NCBI GenBank assembly: GCA_964648855.1
Contig: CAZYLT010000021.1
Coordinates: 10,218 to 42,217 of the forward strand
Direction of reading: 5' to 3'
DNA from: an uncultured archaeon
GTDB lineage: Archaea; Asgardarchaeota; Thorarchaeia; Thorarchaeales; Thorarchaeaceae
Length of the DNA stretch: 32,000 bases
In this document: positions 26,164 to 32,000 of the stretch, one piece after another
Position numbering within the stretch: position 1 is the first letter of the stretch
Layout: the number at the start of each line of letters is the position of its first letter
Made by a program: the position numbers and the translations under genes
Notes under the pieces: model-generated
The model's database searches: none
The model's input: the letters and a program-made list of their open reading frames with translations, nothing else
What the model was told of the DNA's origin: nothing

Positions 26164-28170
26164 ATGGAAACACTTCGACACAATGGCATCCTCGTACTAC
26201 GACCCGATGATGAACCAAAACTATCAGTCTATATCAAAGGAGAAGAAGTGCCGCTAGATAAGAACCAGGGAGAAATGGCAGTCGCATGGGTAAAGAAGCT
26301 CGGAACAAAATATGTTGAAGATCCGACATTCATTGAGAATTTCCTAGATGACTTCAGTCAGGCTCTGGGATATAATCCAATTCTTAGTCTAGATAGTATT
26401 GATTTCTCTCCTGTTATCAAGTATGTTGAGTCGGAGCGTGAACGAAAAGATAACATGACCAAGGAGGAGAAAAAAGCGGCGCGCGAGGCTAGAAAGGCCA
26501 AACGTGAGGAATTGAAGGAGAAATATGGGTATGCAGAAGTTGATGGCGAGAAGATGGAGCTCAGTACATATCAGACTGAGCCGTCGAGCATATTCATGGG
26601 CCGGGGTGAACATCCACTTAGAGGACGTTGGAAGGAGGGCGCAACTGAGGCTGACATAACACTGAATCTTGACCCCGATGCACCTAGGCCAGAGGGGGAT
26701 TGGGGTGAGATTGTATGGAAGCCTGATTGTCTCTGGATTGCCAAATGGACAGACGAACTAACTGGCAAAAACAAGTACATCTGGCTTCATGACAGTACTC
26801 CTATCAAGCAAGAGCGCGAGGAGGCAAAGTTCGATGAAGCACTTGCGCTTGAAAAGAGAATTGATGAAATACGGGAACACATCGCAAAGGGACTCCACTC
26901 TGAAGATCCCAAGCGTAGAGAAGTAGCTGCGGCTTGCTATCTCATTGATAACCTGAGCCTGAGAGTTGGCGACGAGAAAGATGCAGATGAGGCAGATACC
27001 GTTGGTGCTACTACTCTGCGTGCCGAACATGTGACCTTCAAAAAAGACTCGATTGTGTTTGATTTCTTGGGGAAGGACAGTGTTCCTTGGCATAAGGAAC
27101 TAGTCTTGGAACCTGATGTCTATGATGTGTTCAGAGAGCTCTATGATAATGCCGTTGACAGGATTGAGTCATACAAGGCTCGTAAGGGGAAGACGAGCAA
27201 GGCGGACCCAAAGAAATTGGCACAGATATTTCCCAACATCGGAAGCAGCCATGTGAATCGTTTCCTTAGTGAAGTCATGGACAACCTTAGCGCGAAGATG
27301 TTTAGGACATACCATGCTACAGTCACATTCAGAGATGAAATAAAGGATGCAAAGGTCAAGAAGAAGGATCCAGATTTCATCAAAAAAGAAGCAGTAGAAC
27401 GAGCAAATCTTGAAGTCGCCCGAATAATGAACCACACAAAACAGGAAACGAAAGGTTGGCCAAAGAGGGAAACGCGCTTCAAGGAACGGGTTAAGAAGGC
27501 AGAAAAGAGAATTCAGAAGGCCCTGAAGGCAGTAAAGGACAAAGAAGAGCGACTGAAGAAACGTAGAAAAACTGAGAGAGCGCGGATAAAGAAAAAGAAC
27601 AAGCTGATTGAAAAGCAGAAAGGCGTGGTTGACCGGCGCTGGGAGAAAGTAAAGGAGTACCGCACAAAACGGGATAGCGCGAAGGAAACGTGGGATCGCG
27701 CTCGTGAAGAGAAACGAAAGATACGTGAGAGCAGACGCAAATCAAAACGTACTAAGAAAGAACGGTTAGAAGAAGCACAAGAGAAAATCGACCGGACAAG
27801 AGAATGGTGGGAAAAAGCAAAACAACGCGTTGCTGATGCCTACGAACGATATGAGAAAAGCAAGGCTATTCTTGAGAAACGGAAGAAATCGCTTGAAGAA
27901 ATGAAGAAGACTGCAGAGGAACGAATAGAGCGAAGAAAAGAGATTGTCCAGAATGCGAAGGAACGAGTGAAGAAGGCAGAATTGGCTAAACAGAAGATAG
28001 AAGTTGATTGGGCGTTGGCCAAGTCCAGTCGTGTCTGGAATCTGAATACGTCTTTGAAGTCGTATATTCACCCGAAAATAGTCTACAAGTGGTGTAAGAA
28101 GGTTGATTATGACTGGAGAAAGGTCTATTCCAAAGCTCTGGAGAGAAAATTCGACTGGGTAGAAGACTGA
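26164..28170 (+). CDS. DNA topoisomerase IB (eukaryote-like) with an extended coiled-coil linker
   Basis: FMGRGEHPLRGRWK; catalytic pentad LRVGDEK, FLGKD, KMFRTY, MNH, TSLKSYIHP. Confidence 0.95.
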   Translation: METLRHNGILVLRPDDEPKLSVYIKGEEVPLDKNQGEMAVAWVKKLGTKYVEDPTFIENFLDDFSQALGYNPILSLDSIDFSPVIKYVESERERKDNMTKEEKKAAREARKAKREELKEKYGYAEVDGEKMELSTYQTEPSSIFMGRGEHPLRGRWKEGATEADITLNLDPDAPRPEGDWGEIVWKPDCLWIAKWTDELTGKNKYIWLHDSTPIKQEREEAKFDEALALEKRIDEIREHIAKGLHSEDPKRREVAAACYLIDNLSLRVGDEKDADEADTVGATTLRAEHVTFKKDSIVFDFLGKDSVPWHKELVLEPDVYDVFRELYDNAVDRIESYKARKGKTSKADPKKLAQIFPNIGSSHVNRFLSEVMDNLSAKMFRTYHATVTFRDEIKDAKVKKKDPDFIKKEAVERANLEVARIMNHTKQETKGWPKRETRFKERVKKAEKRIQKALKAVKDKEERLKKRRKTERARIKKKNKLIEKQKGVVDRRWEKVKEYRTKRDSAKETWDRAREEKRKIRESRRKSKRTKKERLEEAQEKIDRTREWWEKAKQRVADAYERYEKSKAILEKRKKSLEEMKKTAEERIERRKEIVQNAKERVKKAELAKQKIEVDWALAKSSRVWNLNTSLKSYIHPKIVYKWCKKVDYDWRKVYSKALERKFDWVED

Positions 28171-28590
28171 TCAGACATTTCTTTTCAATATTCTCTCCTT
28201 TATTCTTGCTTCTATCTCGTCCCTGGTTTCACGAAACTTTGTTAGCATTTCGAAATGGGTTCCTTGGTATGCTGCTGGATCTTCAAGCGACCAGTGTAAC
28301 ATCTGCTTTGCTCCTGGGAAATGAGGGCATTGCTGTTTTGCATTGTCGCAGACTGTAATTACCAAATCGAATTCTTTGTCAGTGAACCTGTTCACCTTCT
28401 TTGGATGCAACCCCTCAACAGGAACGTCAATCTCTTGAAGAACTTCAATTGCATAGGGGTTCACCTCAGCAGCTATGTCGGTGCCCGCGCTATGAACCTC
28501 AAAATCGTTATCGCCTAATTTTCTCAGGATTGCCTCCGCCATCTGACTTCGTGCAGAATTTCCCGTACAGAGAAACAATACTCGCCGCAT
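28171..28590 (-). CDS. arsC: Arsenate reductase / LMW-PTP family
   Basis: FLCTGNSARSQMAE, SAGT, ITVCD...CP, HWSLEDP; probable start 28590. Confidence 0.9.
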   Translation of the reverse strand: MRRVLFLCTGNSARSQMAEAILRKLGDNDFEVHSAGTDIAAEVNPYAIEVLQEIDVPVEGLHPKKVNRFTDKEFDLVITVCDNAKQQCPHFPGAKQMLHWSLEDPAAYQGTHFEMLTKFRETRDEIEARIKERILKRNV

Positions 28591-28800
28591 TTGTTTGTCC
28601 TCGTTACAAGATTGATAAATCGTGCCCATATGAAGCATGACATACGTCCCCTAGGATAGTAGAAATGCATTTTATCATAACAAGATGGTAATCACAGGAA
28701 TCAAAAGTCGTGTTTGTTCAAAGCAGCTCAACCCATGCCTCTACCGATGCACCCATTTTATAACAGGATTTCCTCAATTTAGTTAAGGCTGGTGACCTAA

Positions 28801-29436
28801 ATGCATGAGAATCTAAAGGGTGAGGTCCTGAAAATATCAAAGGCAATGCTTGAACGGGGTATGGTGATAGGCTCCTCTGGCAATGTGAGTATGAGAATAG
28901 AGGACCATGTAGTTGTCACACCTAGTTCGGTTCCGTATTCCGAGATGGAGAGAAAGGATATCATAGTTATCGATTTGGAAGGCGGGGTAATCGACGGGCA
29001 CCTCCCTCCAAGTACTGAAACATCCACTCACCTTGAAATCTACAAGAATAGAACGGATGCAAAAGCCATCGTTCATACGCATAGCGTATATGCCACTGCC
29101 TTAGCAACACTTCGCAAACCTCTTCCCGTAATCTCTGATGAAATTGCCCCCTACCTTGGCGGAGAAATTAGAGTGAGTGAATATGCTATGGCTGGAACAA
29201 GCTATTTGGCCAAGAATGTAGTAAAGGCTTTAGAAGGGCGAAGCGCTGTATTGTTGGCGAGCCATGGTGCCCTCTGCATTGGTAAGAATCTCAAAGAAGC
29301 CTTTAGTAACGCTGTACTATTGGAGCGAGCGTGTCAAGTATATTCCATTGCTCTCGGAGCAGGGGATCCACATCTCTTGCCACCAGATGTAGCAGAAGAG
29401 GAAGCAGAGATTTGGAAACAATCACACTCGGATTGA
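28801..29436 (+). CDS. Class II aldolase/adducin family (L-fuculose-phosphate aldolase-like)
   Basis: GSSGNVS, TPS, PSTE...H, IVHTHS, LLASHG. Confidence 0.9.
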   Translation: MHENLKGEVLKISKAMLERGMVIGSSGNVSMRIEDHVVVTPSSVPYSEMERKDIIVIDLEGGVIDGHLPPSTETSTHLEIYKNRTDAKAIVHTHSVYATALATLRKPLPVISDEIAPYLGGEIRVSEYAMAGTSYLAKNVVKALEGRSAVLLASHGALCIGKNLKEAFSNAVLLERACQVYSIALGAGDPHLLPPDVAEEEAEIWKQSHSD

Positions 29437-29814
29437 TGGAGTGGGAACTTGCCCTTCCTTCTCTGACCTAGTGTACAATTACTTGAACATGCTGTACAAA
29501 ACGTAGGGTAATATTGCTACCATCCACTGATGGTAGCTGATGACATTATGCAAACTATGAAACGACTCTCAGTAGGACTATGACTGCAGCAGTAATTGTG
29601 GTGGGTGGATCTGCCGTCATCACCCTCTTTTTGCCAGATGGTCAACCAACTCCGGCTAACGGGCCTAGTGGCAGTTTTGTCATGCGAGCTGCTGAGTATC
29701 TGAATACGAAATGTGACCATGTTGAGTTTTATTGGATGTGCAACTCAACGTTTCTGAATGTGAATATGCACAGCTTTATGAAACCCAATTCAATATAGTT
29801 TATTGAGAGAATAT

Positions 29815-30021
29815 ATGTTGTCTGTAGCAAAAATTATCGAACTCGTTGGTTCCTCAGAAGAAAGTTTTGAAGATGCAGTTGAAAATGCACTGAACACAGC
29901 ATCAGAGTCAATTAGAAACATTCACGGGCTAGATGTCCTTGATTGGACCTGTGATGTTGAAGACGGTAAAATAGTGAAATACCGCGCGAATGTGAAAATC
30001 GCATTCCGTTATGAGGAATAG
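29815..30021 (+). CDS. Dodecin family flavin-binding protein
   Basis: SVAKIIELVGSSEESFEDAV...YRANVKIAF. Confidence 0.9.
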   Translation: MLSVAKIIELVGSSEESFEDAVENALNTASESIRNIHGLDVLDWTCDVEDGKIVKYRANVKIAFRYEE

Positions 30022-30030
30022 AACTGATTA

Positions 30031-30068
30031 GGGGACCTCCAACGGTCCTCGGCACTTCTCTTTTTTTG
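30031..30068 (+). terminator. Hairpin plus T-tract after the dodecin gene
   Basis: GGGGACC-tccaac-GGTCCTC followed by CTTCTC and a T8 run. Confidence 0.55.
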
Positions 30069-30102
30069 GCATATACTGTTGAATCTTCGTAGTATCTAAT
30101 CC

Positions 30103-30312
30103 CTAAATGAAATTTAGGAAGTAGAGCATCAAGATATGGTCCTTGATATCTTGGTTCTCTTCTGTTTCGAGGAGTTCACGCATGTAGTCTTTTGAAACAT
30201 GAGGGTCAACCTCGATACATTTCTGAAGATTGTATTCCGCTACCTCGAAATTCCCTCTTGTGAACGCTCTTCTGGTTTCTTTTAGTAAAGTTTTGATTTT
30301 GTCGCTGTCCAT
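30103..30312 (-). CDS. Small helical/TPR-like protein
   Basis: AFTRGNFEVAEYNLQKCIEVDP resembles one TPR. Confidence 0.55.
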   Translation of the reverse strand: MDSDKIKTLLKETRRAFTRGNFEVAEYNLQKCIEVDPHVSKDYMRELLETEENQDIKDHILMLYFLNFI

Positions 30313-30357
30313 TTTCTTTTTCTCAACTCTTGTGTTCTGAAAACTGTCCTTTAGCAG

Positions 30358-30918
30358 TCACCTTGTCCCCCTCGAGAATCGATCCTCTATCCATTCCATC
30401 ACATCTTCCTCTCTCGACGAAACAGGCATTGCATCCATATCTGGGTTTTGTTTTCGTTGTTCTTCCATATGCTTTGACAACTCTCTCAATTGAAGAATAT
30501 ATCCATTCTCGACCACGAGCTCTAAAAGGGTCCTGAATGCATGCGGGCGCTGAAACCCCATATGAACATACATGTTGTCAATGAAATCTCGTGCCAGAAT
30601 CAACAATCCAGTGAAGGGCACCTCTAAATCTATGCCTTCGTAATGGTATCTAAACGAAGATTCTCCACCATCCTTTGCTTTTATACCATTGATTATGGGT
30701 GCAGCGTCCGAATGTACGTCCATGGCATGGAGACTCAGACGATTCTCTTTGCACTCGTAGTACATTACAAAACCTCTCCAACCGGCTGTATGGGGTGATT
30801 TGGGTTCCAGACCAAGATTTTGTGGACTCAAAACCCCCTTCCCGCTAACACCAACCAAATCATATTCTTCGCCATCATAGTTGATGTAGTCTGGAATCTG
30901 ACCTGTTAGTTTAATCAC
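30358..30918 (-). CDS. Hypothetical protein
   Basis: 186-aa ORF with normal composition; no family recognised with confidence. Confidence 0.65.
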   Translation of the reverse strand: MIKLTGQIPDYINYDGEEYDLVGVSGKGVLSPQNLGLEPKSPHTAGWRGFVMYYECKENRLSLHAMDVHSDAAPIINGIKAKDGGESSFRYHYEGIDLEVPFTGLLILARDFIDNMYVHMGFQRPHAFRTLLELVVENGYILQLRELSKHMEEQRKQNPDMDAMPVSSREEDVMEWIEDRFSRGTR

Positions 30919-31156
30919 AGTTCTGACAAATTGACGAAGATGCCCGAGTCACCGTTGGAAGGGCACGAATCTCCTCAATGTACTCAATCGCTTCAGATTC
31001 AGTGATGACCATTGTAGATGGTCCCACATGAGTCTCATAGTCCCATACACTCAAGGAATAGGAATCGATGTAGAAGAAAAAGCCAGCAACAATGGCATTG
31101 GCTAGTAATAGTCCAGTGAGTGTCATACCTTTTCTTTGCATGGAACTGGCGAACAC
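30911..31156 (-). pseudogene. Possible N-terminal fragment of an FtsX-like ABC permease
   Basis: RKGMTLTGLLLANAIVAGFFFYIDS resembles the first TM of such permeases; the ORF ends after 81 aa. Confidence 0.35.
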
Positions 31157-31481
31157 AGGGAACTCTTCCGAAAATAGCCCTATTAATCCATCCCATCATA
31201 GCATCCAGAAAGAGGCGTAATGGTTCAAAAGAAGATCGTCTTTTCCTCCAGATATCGTCAAGAGGATGATGAATGCTGCAACTCATAATGAATCTGACTA
31301 TTCTTGCCAAATCCGCAAATGCGGCAGGAAAAAGCCATTTCAAAATTGATGCATGAAATACCTGATTTCCAAAAAGAACTCCGTGAGGGATGTCGATGGA
31401 TTCCTTTGATTATGTGAGAATCTCGAAGAGAAGAGAAAGACAAAAAACCCTATGCTTGACCAATTCCTACTGGGCATTATC

Positions 31482-31955
31482 ATGATGGAAGTTGATGAAT
31501 CGACCGTTTATCGTGACCTGCAGAAGCACCTTGATAGCATGCCTGTAGGTTTTCCAGCAACTGAATCTGGAGTAGAAATTCGAATTCTCAAGCGGTTATT
31601 CACTCCACAGGAAGCCGTGATTGCTGCCAATCTGAAATTCTCATGGTCCCCATCTGAAACAATTGGTCAGATTCATCAACGATTAGAGCCTACTGGCATC
31701 TCCAAGGATGAATTGAAAGATTCTCTTGATACTATGGCTAGTAAAGGGCTGATATTCCGGAAAAAGGGAGAACGTTCTACATACTATGGTAATGTTCAGT
31801 GGGTAATAGGCATCTATGAATTCCAAGTGAATAAAATGACAGCTGAACTCTACTCTGATATTGTGGACTACAATATTGAAGCATTTGGAAGAGAGTTATT
31901 CTATTCCCCTCTACCTCAGCTGCGAGTTATTCCTGTTGGAAAGAGTCTAGAGTGA
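31482..31955 (+). pseudogene. N-terminal part of a 4Fe-4S dicluster-domain protein, truncated before the Cys motifs
   Basis: VYRDLQKHLDSMPVGFPATESGVEIRILKRLFTPQEA...GIYEFQ...RVIPV is the typical N-terminus of this family; a stop occurs before any Cys cluster. Confidence 0.6.
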
Positions 31956-32000
31956 TGCACTACCCCCTCGTTTTCTAGTTAAATTGTCCAATAGAAGTGT

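Noticed and set aside
2206-31443. Numerous short ORFs antisense to or nested in the called genes (e.g. 2903-3532, 9504-9977, 19652-20143, 27141-27482)
   Set aside because: Shadow ORFs of well-supported genes with no recognisable motifs.

Overview
Archaeal genomic DNA. The gene content (eukaryote-type topoisomerase IB, LRR protein, archaeal-style tRNA-Gly, TATA-like promoters) suggests an Asgard lineage such as Thorarchaeia, but this is inference only. The left ~14 kb is an accessory island built around a tRNA-Gly(TCC) gene (1993-2067). Upstream of the tRNA is an array of six degenerate repeats with ~55-60 bp periodicity. The left half of each repeat is a tRNA-Gly D-stem/anticodon-arm fragment, and one repeat is preceded by a complete tRNA 5' half. 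Downstream are a TnpB-like RuvC nuclease with a Fanzor-type rearranged catalytic site, a divergently transcribed 1538-aa protein (PD-(D/E)XK nuclease plus degenerate P-loop), and an SbcD/SbcC (YhaO/YhaN-like) pair. These two cargo modules each end in a diverged tRNA-Gly 3' half (8761-8804, 11924-11970), whose anticodon-stem strands complement particular upstream repeats. A vapBC-type TA pair and a vapC remnant follow. No integrase, TnpA or cas1/cas2 was recognised in the window. The right ~18 kb holds ordinary genes (methyltransferase, PhoU/TrkA-C, MgtE-like, ABC-2, MFS, HAD-like, KptA, YjbQ, TopIB, ArsC, class II aldolase, dodecin) and several gene fragments. All calls are by eye; no database searches were run.
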